Assembly: GCA_963763775.1 (NCBI GenBank)
Contig: CAVXPZ010000003.1
Span: 416,001 to 480,000 of the forward strand
Reading direction: 5' to 3'
DNA length: 64,000 nucleotides
From: an uncultured Chloroflexia bacterium
Lineage (GTDB): Bacteria; Chloroflexota; Limnocylindria; Limnocylindrales; CSP1-4
Positions 1-9,119 of the stretch are shown piece by piece; position 1 is the first letter of the stretch; every line of letters starts with the position of its first letter. The notes beneath the pieces are model-generated. The model was given only the letters and a program-made list of their open reading frames with translations. It was not told the DNA's origin and did not search any database. The translations under genes and the position numbers were made by a program.

Positions 1-564
1 GCGCGGCTGCGCGGGGCCGCGTGGCTGAACCGGTGGCTGGCGTGGCGGGCCGGCGACCTCGCGGTCCTGACGCCGAGCGCCGACGAGATGGGGCTGCGCG
101 GCCACGCCATCCTGTGCGGGTTCGGACGCGTGGGTCGGATGGTCGGGCCCGCGCTCGACCGGCGCGGGTTCACGTACGTGGTCATCACGCTCCAGCGCCA
201 GGAGGTGGAGCAGCTCCGCGCCCGCGGCATCCCGGCCATCTACGGCGACGCGTCGAACCTCGAGATCCTCGAGCGCGCGCATGTGGGCTCAGCGCGGCTC
301 CTCATCGTGGCGAGCTCCGACGCGCAGGCGTCCTTCCTCATCGTGCAACGGTCCGTGGCGGCCAATCCCGGGATCGACGTCGTCGTCCGGACGCACAGCG
401 ACGACGAGGCGGGCCAGCTCCGCGCGCTCGGCCCGAAGGTGCGGGCGATCCATGGCGAGCGAGAACTCGGCGTCCAGATGGCGCGCTACTCCCTGCGCCG
501 GTTCGGGGTGCCGACCACCGAGGCCGAGGCGATCGCGCAGGGCCTGCGTCAGCGCGGAGGCTGA
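1..564 (+). CDS. C-terminal part of a cation:proton antiporter (CPA2/Kef-type) with TrkA-N (KTN) domain, 5' partial
   Basis: Frame open from base 1; HAILCGFGRVG Rossmann motif and YGDASN, typical of the KTN domain of KefB/YbaL-type antiporters. Confidence 0.8.
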   Translation, partial: ARLRGAAWLNRWLAWRAGDLAVLTPSADEMGLRGHAILCGFGRVGRMVGPALDRRGFTYVVITLQRQEVEQLRARGIPAIYGDASNLEILERAHVGSARLLIVASSDAQASFLIVQRSVAANPGIDVVVRTHSDDEAGQLRALGPKVRAIHGERELGVQMARYSLRRFGVPTTEAEAIAQGLRQRGG

Positions 565-565
565 C

Positions 566-589
566 GCCCGACGACGGACGTCGTCGGGC
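566..589. terminator. GC-rich hairpin between convergent genes (possible bidirectional terminator)
   Basis: GCCCGACGAC-ggac-GTCGTCGGGC perfect 10-bp stem just after the stop at 564; no U-tract. Confidence 0.5.
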
Positions 590-669
590 CTATCCGATGC
601 GGACGATGCCGGGATCCACGACACCGCCCGGACGAGCCGGGCGGCGACAGTGGCGCGGGTGGGCTGGGG

Positions 670-1707
670 CTAGGCGCCCGCTCGCGGGACGAGGACGACG
701 CGGCGGTTCGGCTCCTCGCCGATGCTCTGGGTCGCGACGTCCGGGTTGTCCCGCAGGGTCAGGTGGATCCAACGGCGCTCGAGCGCGGGCATGGGCTCCA
801 GCTGGAGCATCTTGCCGGTCTCGACCACGCGGGCAGCGGCACGCAGGGCCAGGTCGCGGAGCTGGCGCTCACGACGACCGCGGTAGTCCTCCACGTCGAC
901 GAGCACGCGGGTCCACGCGCCCATCTCCTTGGAGAGCATCAGGTTCACGAGGTGCTGGAGCGCCGAGAGACGCTCGCCCTTGCGGCCGATGAGGGCCCCG
1001 AGCGCCTCGCGCTCGTCGCCGTCGCCGACCACGTTGAGCCGGCTCGTCTCGCCCGCGGCGACCTCGACCTTCACGTCGAAGCCGAGGTGCGTCATCAGGT
1101 GCTCGAGGATCGCCTTACCGGCGGCGAGCGCCTCGGGCGACGCCTCCGCGGCCTCGAGATCGGCCCGTTCCGCGGCGAGCGAACCGCGCGCGGCCGCGAC
1201 TTCCGCCGCCTCGGACGCGGTCAGGCCGCCGGCCGGCTCGCGGCGCGGGGGTCGGTCGTCGCGACGGGGCCCTCGGTCGTCGCGACGCGGGGGACGGTCT
1301 TCACGAGGCGCCTGGTCCTGGCGGGGCGCCTGGTCCTGGCGGGGAGGCCGATCCTCGCGCGGTCGGTCGTCCGACCGAGGTCGGTCGTCATGGCGCGGAG
1401 GCCGGTCGTCGCGCCGGGGCGCTCGGTCGTCGCGGCGGGGCGGGCGGTCGCGGTCCTCACGGTCACGGGGCGGCGCAGCCGGCAGCGGCACGGAGGCGGC
1501 CGCCTCCCGCTTGGGCGCGGCGCCACCAAGGGCGGCGCGGGGCGCGGCGACGATCCGGGCGGGCTCGGCGCCCATCCCCAGGACCCCGCGGCTGCCGGGG
1601 GTCAGGATCTCGAAGTCGAGGTCCTCGAGACCGGCTCCGAAATCCTCGCGGGCGAGGCGGAGGGCTTCCTCCACGGTCTTGCCCGAGAACTCCTTGTAGG
1701 CACTCAT
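670..1707 (-). CDS. jag: RNA-binding protein Jag/KhpB (EloR), Jag_N + KH + R3H
   Basis: N-terminal GKTVEEAL...G Jag_N motif, LIGRKGERL KH motif, ERRWIH R3H motif; position after yidC. Confidence 0.93.
   Translation of the reverse strand: MSAYKEFSGKTVEEALRLAREDFGAGLEDLDFEILTPGSRGVLGMGAEPARIVAAPRAALGGAAPKREAAASVPLPAAPPRDREDRDRPPRRDDRAPRRDDRPPRHDDRPRSDDRPREDRPPRQDQAPRQDQAPREDRPPRRDDRGPRRDDRPPRREPAGGLTASEAAEVAAARGSLAAERADLEAAEASPEALAAGKAILEHLMTHLGFDVKVEVAAGETSRLNVVGDGDEREALGALIGRKGERLSALQHLVNLMLSKEMGAWTRVLVDVEDYRGRRERQLRDLALRAAARVVETGKMLQLEPMPALERRWIHLTLRDNPDVATQSIGEEPNRRVVLVPRAGA
1240..1460 (-). repeat. Low-complexity (P/A)RRDDR / PRQDQA peptide repeats in the Jag linker
   Basis: About ten imperfect 6-aa repeats in the translated ORF. 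Confidence 0.75.
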
Positions 1708-1708
1708 G

Positions 1709-2893
1709 TCAGCGTCGTCTCCCTCGTCGGCCCTGACGGCCCCGCTCCTTGGGGCGGATCGTCTTGGTGGCCGTCGTCTTCTTGTCGGCGTCTGTCAGGA
1801 TCGCCGCGCGTTTGCCGGGCTCTGGTGGCGGTGGCATCTGGACGGGGAATCGGGGCGTATGGCCCACGGCGAACGATGGCGTCCAGCCGAAGATCGGGAA
1901 CATGCCGCCCCAGCCCACGATCAGGTATTGCTGGACGATCCCGAAGATCGTCGCCGTGATCCAGTAGAAGAACAGGCCGGCCGGCAGGAAGCCGCCGTAC
2001 ACGATCGAGATCAGGGGCAGGAAGAGCATCGTCTGCCGCTGGATCTTGGTATTGGGGTCGTCCTCGCCGGACACGACCGGGAGCATCATCCGCGACTGCA
2101 CGAGCTGCAGCAGTGCCGAGATGATGGCCAGGATGCTGATCCCGAAGCCGGCGATCGCGAAGATCGTCGAGGGCGCCCCGACGTTGATCGAATGTCCGCC
2201 GGGCAGCGGGATGATCGTGTTGATGCACGCGCCGAGGGCCGCGTCGGGCACCCCGGTGGCGGGGTTGATGTTGACGCAGGCCAGCGGCACGACCTGGTGG
2301 CCGAAGACCACCAGCATCGCCGTCGGGTTGACGTTGGTCAGCCCGTTCGAGATGACCGAGTACATGATGAACAGGAGCGGCATCTGGAGGAGGAGCGGGA
2401 AGCACCCCGAAAGCGGGTTGATGCCGCGCTCCTTGAAGAGCTCCTGCTGTGCGACCCGGGCCTTCACCGAGTCGCCCTTGTACCGCTTCTGGATCTCCTT
2501 GATCTCGGGCTGGAGCAGCTGCATCCGTCGCTGCGAGGTGAGCTGCTTGCGCACGAGAGGGATCACCGCGCTTCGGACGATGATCGTCAGCATGACGATG
2601 GCGAGGCCGATCGCCGCCGGCAGGCTCAACGCGGTGAACAGGTCGTAGAAGGCGACCAGGACGATGAACATCACCTGGAAGATCGGCGTGAAGAGCCACG
2701 CGATCGTGCTGACGGGGTCCGTCCCGGGCGTCGCCGGCTCGAGCGGCGGGTGTGGGGTCGGTGACGGGGTCACGACGGGCGAGGCACCGGGCGACCCGGT
2801 TGCCAGGCCCTGGCACGCGACGAGGATGATCGGCACCACGACGAGCAGCAGGAGCGGCCCGAACGGGATTCCCCTGAGGCGGGAGCGAATCAC
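1709..2893 (-). CDS. yidC: Membrane protein insertase YidC/Oxa1, with lipoprotein-like signal (IILVAC)
   Basis: LQPEIKEIQKRYK, NPLSGCFPLLLQMP and PAGLFFYW motifs. Confidence 0.95.
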   Translation of the reverse strand: MIRSRLRGIPFGPLLLLVVVPIILVACQGLATGSPGASPVVTPSPTPHPPLEPATPGTDPVSTIAWLFTPIFQVMFIVLVAFYDLFTALSLPAAIGLAIVMLTIIVRSAVIPLVRKQLTSQRRMQLLQPEIKEIQKRYKGDSVKARVAQQELFKERGINPLSGCFPLLLQMPLLFIMYSVISNGLTNVNPTAMLVVFGHQVVPLACVNINPATGVPDAALGACINTIIPLPGGHSINVGAPSTIFAIAGFGISILAIISALLQLVQSRMMLPVVSGEDDPNTKIQRQTMLFLPLISIVYGGFLPAGLFFYWITATIFGIVQQYLIVGWGGMFPIFGWTPSFAVGHTPRFPVQMPPPPEPGKRAAILTDADKKTTATKTIRPKERGRQGRRGRRR

Positions 2894-2908
2894 AGGCCGA
2901 ACGCCTCG

Positions 2909-3127
2909 CTAGCGGACCGGGTCATACCCACCCGGGTTCCAGGGGTGGCAGCGGGCGATCCGCTTCGCGCCCATCCAACTGCCCTTCAGGAGACCGTATT
3001 TCGTGATCGCCTGCTCCGTGTAGCGGGAGCAGGTGGGCTCGAACCGACAGCTCGACGGCAGCCAGAAGAACACGACCCGGTAGAGCCTGATGAGCCCGAC
3101 CCCGATGGCCTTGTCGATCCGCATCAC
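2909..3127 (-). CDS. yidD: Membrane protein insertion efficiency factor YidD
   Basis: [10 protein letters not shown]...[16 protein letters not shown]. Confidence 0.95.
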   Translation of the reverse strand: MMRIDKAIGVGLIRLYRVVFFWLPSSCRFEPTCSRYTEQAITKYGLLKGSWMGAKRIARCHPWNPGGYDPVR

Positions 3128-3456
3128 GCGACTGGTCCTCCGAGCGCGCCGCCCTTGATCAGGATGCGGCGCAGAGCCCCGACCAGCACGTCGTGATCGA
3201 CTTCGACGATCGCCGGCCGGGCGATGATGAGGACGTCCCAGCCGGGCTGGAACGCGGGCGCCATCGCCCTGAGCGTCTCGCGGAGACGGCGCCGGACACG
3301 GTTCCGGATCACGGCGCCGCCGAGCTTGCGCCCGGTCGACAATCCGAAACGGGTCGTCTCGAGGTCCGTCCGCAGGAACCGGGCAGTGAACAGCGGGTGG
3401 GACTTGGTCGTCCCCGATCCCCCGATCGCCGCGAAGTCCTGCGGGCGAGAGAGCAT
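3124..3456 (-). CDS. rnpA: Ribonuclease P protein component
   Basis: [25 protein letters not shown] (RNR motif); between rpmH and yidD; start could extend to 3495. Confidence 0.92.
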   Translation of the reverse strand: MLSRPQDFAAIGGSGTTKSHPLFTARFLRTDLETTRFGLSTGRKLGGAVIRNRVRRRLRETLRAMAPAFQPGWDVLIIARPAIVEVDHDVLVGALRRILIKGGALGGPVA

Positions 3457-3491
3457 CACGAGCCGCGGCGGGTTTGGGCCGCGCTCCGTCG

Positions 3492-3626
3492 TCAGGCCGT
3501 CAGCTTCTTTCGACCACGCGCGCGTCGGGCCGCCAGGACACGTCGACCCGCGGTCGTCTTCATCCGGGCGCGAAAGCCGTGCTCCTTGGCGCGATGGCGC
3601 TTCTTGGGCTGGTAGGTCTGCTTCAT
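3492..3626 (-). CDS. rpmH: 50S ribosomal protein L34
   Basis: [42 protein letters not shown]. Confidence 0.97.
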   Translation of the reverse strand: MKQTYQPKKRHRAKEHGFRARMKTTAGRRVLAARRARGRKKLTA

Positions 3627-3741
3627 GGGGCTTGGTCCGGGATCCTCTCCATCCGGCCTCGGGGCGGTGTCGGTTTCGACCCCTAGAGGCACGCAAACGC
3701 GCCCGGCGCCCGAAAGCGCGGAGCGCGTCGTCGTCCGGCGG

Positions 3742-3771
3742 ATGATACGGCCCGTTCGGAAGGGGTGTCAA
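3742..3771 (-). promoter_or_regulatory. Sigma70-type promoter of the rpmH operon
   Basis: Minus strand TTGACA-18 nt-TATCAT upstream of rpmH. Confidence 0.75.
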
Positions 3772-3872
3772 TCGCGCGTGGGGACGCGCGGGCGGACCGG
3801 ACGCCGCGGTCGTCGTTCCGATCGCGTTTCGCGGCGGGGCGGGTCGCGGTGCGCGCAGGGGTGCCGTTCGGT

Positions 3873-4024
3873 TAGGACTCCCAGTCTTATGGTCTGCACT
3901 ATCAAGCTGATACGGCTTGCCCTCGGCCCCTTGGATGCATCCTGGCTGCATCGACCGGGTGGCGACGGGCGTCGGCGAGGGTCGTTGCCGCTCCGTAGCG
4001 GCGATCCTAAGACTGCCATTCCTA
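3873..4024. ncRNA. Candidate structured non-coding element of unknown family
   Basis: Ends pair (TAGGA..CAGTCTTA / TAAGACTG..TCCTA) and enclose several internal hairpins; less GC-rich than the flanks; no family recognised. Confidence 0.35.
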
Positions 4025-4269
4025 TCCTGGTGCCGAAACGCCTTGGGTCGGCCGGCCGGGTCGGCACGGCCCAGACTGGCGCCATGCGCTCAGGGGGACC
4101 GGCGTCGCGGGCGTGGTCCCGAGCGAGCCACCTGGGACGACGTGACCGGACCTCATCCGGTGCCGGCCGACGCTCGGTCCGAGCCTCGAACCGGCCACGG
4201 CACCGGGGCGGTATCGGTCCACGCCGGTGGTCACGCTCGGATACTCCCCAGGGGTATTGCAGGATCGCC

Positions 4270-4299
4270 TTGCGACGGCGCGACGGCCGGTGCTATCCT
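4270..4299 (+). promoter_or_regulatory. Putative dnaA promoter
   Basis: TTGCGA-18 nt-TATCCT with extended -10 TG. Confidence 0.5.
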
Positions 4300-4490
4300 C
4301 TCCGAGCCCTTCGGCGCCGGGACGCCAACGGGAGGCCCGGGAACCCCCAGGACATCCGGGACCCGGGAGCGCGTATCGCCCGGTCTGCCGAGGCCATTCG
4401 AGATCGCTCGCGTGCCCGCGGCCCCTCGCAGGTCCCTGGTCAAGGCTACCCATCAACCGTTCCCCGATAGCGACAGGTCCGATCGAACGA

Positions 4491-5877
4491 ATGGACGCGA
4501 AGCAGGTCTGGCGCGCGGCTCTCGGTGAGCTGCAGGTCTCGCTTTCCCCGGCGAACTACGAGACATGGCTGCGCGACACGCAGCTCGTCGACGTGGAGGA
4601 CAACCGGTTCCGGATCTCGGTCCCGAACGGCTTCGCCAAGGACTGGCTCGAGACCCGCTACCGATCGTTGATCAGCCAGACCCTCGCGCGGATCGTCGGC
4701 TATAGCGTCCAGGTCGAGTTCGTGATCGGGACGTCGTCGGCCGAGTCGGCGGCGCCGGACGGCGCCGAGCCCATCGGCCAGGCGGACGCCGTCGCCGGCT
4801 GCGGCGAAGCACGTCCGCGTGGAGCCCACCCGCGTCGGCGGCGAGGGCGGCACCACCAACATCAATCCGCGCTACACGTTCTCGAACTTCATCGTCGGCT
4901 CGGCGAACCGCCTGGCCCATGCGGCGAGCCTGTCCGTGGCGGAACGGCCGGGGCACGCCTACAACCCGCTGTTCCTCTACGGCGGGGTCGGACTCGGCAA
5001 GACCCACCTGATGCACGCCATCGGGAACCAGGTCATCGCCAAGTTCCCGCGCAAGCGCGTCGTCTACGCCACCAGCGAGAAGTTCACCAACGAGTTCATC
5101 ACCTCGATCCAGCAGGGCAAGATCGACGAGTTCCGCGCCCGATACCGCCGGATCGACCTGCTCCTCATCGACGACATCCAGTTCATCGCGGACAAGGAGC
5201 GGACGCAGGAAGAGTTCTTCCATACGTTCAATGCCATCCACGAGGACGGCAAGCAGATCGTCATGTCGTCCGACCGGCCGCCGAAGGCCATCCTCACCCT
5301 GGAGGAGCGCCTCCGCAGCCGGTTCGAGTGGGGCCTGATCGCCGACCTGACGGCGCCGGACCTGGAGACGCGCATCGCGATCCTGCGGGCCAAGGCGGAA
5401 GAGGGCTCGCTGCCGATCACGTCGGACGTCATCGAGTTCATCGCGCGCAAGGTCGTGAGCAACATCCGCGAGCTCGAGGGGGCGCTGAACCGGATCGTCG
5501 CCTACGCGAGCATGGGCGCCACGCCGATCAGCATCGAGCTCGCCCAGGCGGTCCTCTCGAACGTCCTCTACAACCCCAAGAAGCGGATGGTGACGCCCGA
5601 GCGCATCGCCAAGGCCGTGTCGGACTACTACAGCGTCCCGATGGACGTCCTCCAGGGGCAGAAGCGCGACAAGTCGATCGTCATGCCGCGCCAGATCGCG
5701 ATGTTCCTGATGCGCGAGGAGACCGACGTCTCGCTCCTGCGGATCGGCGCAGAGCTCGGCGGACGGGACCACTCCACGGTCCTGCACGCCTGCGACAAGA
5801 TCACCCGCGAGTCCGCGGTCAACGATGAGTTGCGGCGCGAGATCGCCGCCGTCCGCGAGCTCATCTACGCCGACTAG
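4491..5877 (+). CDS. dnaA: Chromosomal replication initiator DnaA (one +1 frameshift near 4797, probably a sequencing error)
   Basis: Domain [15 protein letters not shown].. in one frame; AAA+ ([25 protein letters not shown]) and domain IV (GGRDHSTV) in the next frame. Confidence 0.95.
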
Positions 5878-6349
5878 CACGCCCGCCGGACCCCTCCGGC
5901 GAACGCCATCCGCCACGCCAGACCCGTCTCGACGGCCATTTCGTGTGGATAACCGCGCCAAATCGGTGGAAAACCATGCCCGGGTGTGGACATCCACACC
6001 GACCCGTGTCGACCACCGGGCGCCTCTGACGGCAGGTCGTGGATGGTCCCGCGAGTCCTCCACCATCCATCCCTGGTCGCATCCCCGACCGACGGAGCCT
6101 CGTCCCCACACCGGGCGTCGCCATCCACAGTCCCGCCGAACGGCGCCGAGCACGGATGTCCACGCGCTCCACACCATGATGACGGTGATGACGGAGTGAG
6201 AAGATAGAGAGAAGATACCCACCACCCATGCGGACGGCCCGGAACGCCGAGCACCATCCAGGACGCGATCCCGCCGACCGCCTGCCCAGCCCCATCGGCG
6301 TCGCGGTCGCACCGTCCGCCGTCACGACGATGCTTGGAGTGAACCCGAC
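5878..6349. other. Replication origin oriC (dnaA-dnaN intergenic region)
   Basis: Perfect DnaA box TGTGGATAA at 5944-5952, degenerate boxes at 5965, 5985, 6121 and others, followed by a purine-rich trinucleotide-periodic tract at about 6176-6217. Confidence 0.85.
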
Positions 6350-7468
6350 GTGAGACTCTCGGTGATGCAAGAGAACCTGGCGCGTGGCCTGTCCGTCGTC
6401 AGCCGCGCCGTCTCGAGCCGAAGCACCCTCCCGGTCCTGGCCAACGTCCTGCTCAAGACCGAGGACGCCGGACTCAAGCTGACCGCGACGAACCTCGAGA
6501 TCGGCATCACGTACTGGGTCCCCGGCAAGATCGAGACCGACGGGGCGACGACCGTGCCGGCCAAGCTCCTCACGGACCTCGTCAACTCCCTCCCGGCGGG
6601 CGACAAGATCGACCTGGAGCTCACCTCGGGCGAGTCGCTCCACCTTCGCAGCGGTCGCTTCGAGACGCACATCAAGGGCATCGACGCGGACGAGTTCCCG
6701 GCGATCCAGACCGCCGGCGACCGGCCGACGACGCGGGTCGCCCAGAACATCCTGCGACAGGCGCTGACCGAGACCGCGTTCGCGGCCGCCAGTGACGAGG
6801 CGCGACCGATCCTGACCGGTGTCCTGGCGAAGTTCGAGGGCGACCAGCTGACGCTGGCGGCCGCGGACAACTACCGGATCGCGGTGAAGACCATCCCGAT
6901 CCTCGACGCGGTCCCCGAGACGAGCGTCGTCATCCCGGCTCGCGCGCTCAACGAGCTCGCCCGGGTCCTCGCGGACGTCGACGACCCCGTGGACATCGTC
7001 CTGGCGGCCGGCCGCAACCAGGTCCTGTTCCACCTCGACGGCATCGACCTCGTGAGCCGGCTCATCGACGGCCAGTTCCCGAACTACCAGCAGGTGGTTC
7101 CCAAGGAGCACACGACCCGCGCGGTCCTCGATCGCGAGGAGCTCCTCAAGGCCGTCCGCCCGGCGGCGCTCATCGCCCACGAGTCGGCAAACATCGTCAA
7201 GCTCCAGATCGGTGCCGAGGGCGAGCCCGGCATCACGGTCAGCGCCAACGCCGAGGTCGGCGACCACGTCGGCCAGGTCGAGGCGACCGTGGAGGGCGAC
7301 GGCACGACGATCGCGTTCAACGCCCGCTACCTCGCGGACGTCCTCACGAACGTGGATGCCGAGCAGTTCGCGCTCGAGCTCAACGGGCCGCTCTCGCCGG
7401 GCGTCTTCAAGCCGATCGGCGACGACCGCTACGTCCACGTCGTCATGCCCGTCCGCACGACCTCCTAA
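6350..7468 (+). CDS. dnaN: DNA polymerase III beta sliding clamp
   Basis: STLPVLANVLL, ATNLEIGI, SRLIDGQFPNY, IAFNARYL, VVMPVR. Confidence 0.97.
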   Translation: MRLSVMQENLARGLSVVSRAVSSRSTLPVLANVLLKTEDAGLKLTATNLEIGITYWVPGKIETDGATTVPAKLLTDLVNSLPAGDKIDLELTSGESLHLRSGRFETHIKGIDADEFPAIQTAGDRPTTRVAQNILRQALTETAFAAASDEARPILTGVLAKFEGDQLTLAAADNYRIAVKTIPILDAVPETSVVIPARALNELARVLADVDDPVDIVLAAGRNQVLFHLDGIDLVSRLIDGQFPNYQQVVPKEHTTRAVLDREELLKAVRPAALIAHESANIVKLQIGAEGEPGITVSANAEVGDHVGQVEATVEGDGTTIAFNARYLADVLTNVDAEQFALELNGPLSPGVFKPIGDDRYVHVVMPVRTTS

Positions 7469-7513
7469 AGCGACGACCGGAGGCCGGACCGGCCTCGACC
7501 GGACCGGGACACC

Positions 7514-8674
7514 CTGCTCGATTCCATCCGCCTGCTCGACCTCCGGGGGTACCCCGCCCTCGAGGTGACCTTCGGCCCGGGCCCGCACCTGGTCTGGGGC
7601 CCGAACGCGGCGGGCAAGACCAGCCTGCTCGAGGCGATCGTCCTGCTGGCGTGGGGCCGGTCGCACCGGACGTCGTCGGACGGCGAGCTCATCCGCTGGG
7701 GGACCGACCTCGCCCGCGTCGAGGGCCACGTCGGGATCGATGTCGTCGAGGTGGCCGTGGCGCGGTCGGGCGCCGGAGGCACCAGCGGGCGCAAGCGGAT
7801 CCGCGTGAACGGCGTCGGCCGGCGAGCCGGCGGCCTCGAGGGCCCGCTTCGCGTCGTCGTCTTCGCGCCGGAGGAGATGCTCCTCGTGATCGGTTCGCCA
7901 GGTCTGCGCCGAGCCAGCCTCGACCAGCTCGTGGCGGCCACGACCCCGGGCTACGGCAGCACGCTCGCGACGTACGGGCGCGCGCTCCAGCAGCGCAACG
8001 GGCTGCTCCGCGCGATCCGGGAGGAGGGAGCCGGCCGAGACGAGCTGCGCTTCTGGGACGCCGCGTTCCTGGACGCCGGGGGGCGGATCGTCGCCGACCG
8101 GCTCGCGCTCATCGGCCGGCTCGCGGCGCCTTTGGCGCGGGCCCACGCGGAGATCGCCCCCGACGAGGCCGCCGCCGCAGCCCTGACCGTCCGCTACGCG
8201 ACGAACGCCCCGGCGAACCCTGGAGAGACCCCCCGGGACGCGCTCGCCCGGCGTCTCGTCGAGACGGCCGACAAGGAGGTCTGGAACGGGGCGACCCTCG
8301 TCGGCCCGCATCGCGACGACCTCGTCTTCGAACTCGCGGGCCGGGACCTCGCGAGTTTCGCGTCTCGCGGCCAGCAGCGGACCGCGATCCTGTCCTTCAA
8401 GCTCGCCGAGCTCGACCTGCTCACGGAGCAGGACGGCCGTCCGCCACTCCTGCTGCTCGACGACGTGTTCTCGGAGCTCGACCCGGACCGACGTGCGCAC
8501 CTCGTGCGGCGGATCGCCGAGCTGCCGCAGGCGTTCGTCACGACGACGACCCTCGACGACCTCGACCCGGCCCTGCGGGCGATCGGGACCTCGTGGGAGG
8601 TCCGGGCCGACGCCGACGGCGCTCGGCTGATGCCCCCTGCGGGTACGCCCAGCGAGGCGGTCCCGGGGTCGTGA
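7514..8674 (+). CDS. recF: DNA replication/repair protein RecF
   Basis: GPNAAGKTSLLEAI Walker A, GPHRDDL, SRGQQR, LLLDDVFSELD; the homologous N-terminus begins at CTG 7514 (first GTG at 7565). Confidence 0.93.
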   Translation: MLDSIRLLDLRGYPALEVTFGPGPHLVWGPNAAGKTSLLEAIVLLAWGRSHRTSSDGELIRWGTDLARVEGHVGIDVVEVAVARSGAGGTSGRKRIRVNGVGRRAGGLEGPLRVVVFAPEEMLLVIGSPGLRRASLDQLVAATTPGYGSTLATYGRALQQRNGLLRAIREEGAGRDELRFWDAAFLDAGGRIVADRLALIGRLAAPLARAHAEIAPDEAAAAALTVRYATNAPANPGETPRDALARRLVETADKEVWNGATLVGPHRDDLVFELAGRDLASFASRGQQRTAILSFKLAELDLLTEQDGRPPLLLLDDVFSELDPDRRAHLVRRIAELPQAFVTTTTLDDLDPALRAIGTSWEVRADADGARLMPPAGTPSEAVPGS

Positions 8675-9000
8675 GCCCGAGGAAGCGGCCGATGGTCCGC
8701 CTCGGCGACCTCATCCCCGACGCGGCCCGTGCGCTCGGCCTCGAAGAGGAGCTGCGCCTGTCGAAGGCCATGGCGACCTTCGAGTCCATCGTCGCCGAGC
8801 GGGTCCCGGCCGCCGCCGGCGCGTGCCGCGTGATCCGGATCGAGGGTTTCGCGGTGGACGTGGAGGCTGACGCCCCGATCGTCGGCCAGGAGCTGCGGCT
8901 GCGGTCGTCCGAGCTCCTGGCGGCCTTCGCCGCCTCACCCGGCGGTCTCGGGGTGCGGGAATTGCGCGTGCACGTCCGCCGAGGGGGTGCCCGCGTATAA
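8671..9000 (+). CDS. dciA: DciA/DUF721 family protein (helicase loader)
   Basis: 109-aa ORF coupled to the recF stop (GTGA); W/F-x-x-IV...QELRLRSSELL pattern; canonical position after recF. Confidence 0.7.
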   Translation: MSPRKRPMVRLGDLIPDAARALGLEEELRLSKAMATFESIVAERVPAAAGACRVIRIEGFAVDVEADAPIVGQELRLRSSELLAAFAASPGGLGVRELRVHVRRGGARV

Positions 9001-9001
9001 T
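8996..9001 (+). promoter_or_regulatory. -10 element TATAAT overlapping the dciA stop
   Basis: Consensus TATAAT about 120 nt upstream of ATG 9120. Confidence 0.5.
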
Positions 9002-9119
9002 CCGCGGAACCTGCCTGCCACTCGGGGCGAACGTCCCCGACCGAACCGGGATCGTCCGCCGCACGAAGCCCCCAGCCCGACCGGAGGGATGGGGGACCCG
9101 CCGACCACGAGAGGCCCGC

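Noticed and set aside
1240-1460. Regularly spaced repeats, CRISPR-like at a glance
   Set aside because: They are 18-nt coding repeats within jag, with no spacers and no cas genes.
3661-3684. GGGGCGGTGTCGGTTTCGAC resembles a tmRNA 5' end
   Set aside because: No matching T-arm or CCA 3' end about 350 nt downstream; it lies antisense in the rpmH leader.
4790-4820. Programmed frameshift or split dnaA
   Set aside because: No slippery site; same single-G insertion pattern as many other genes in the window.
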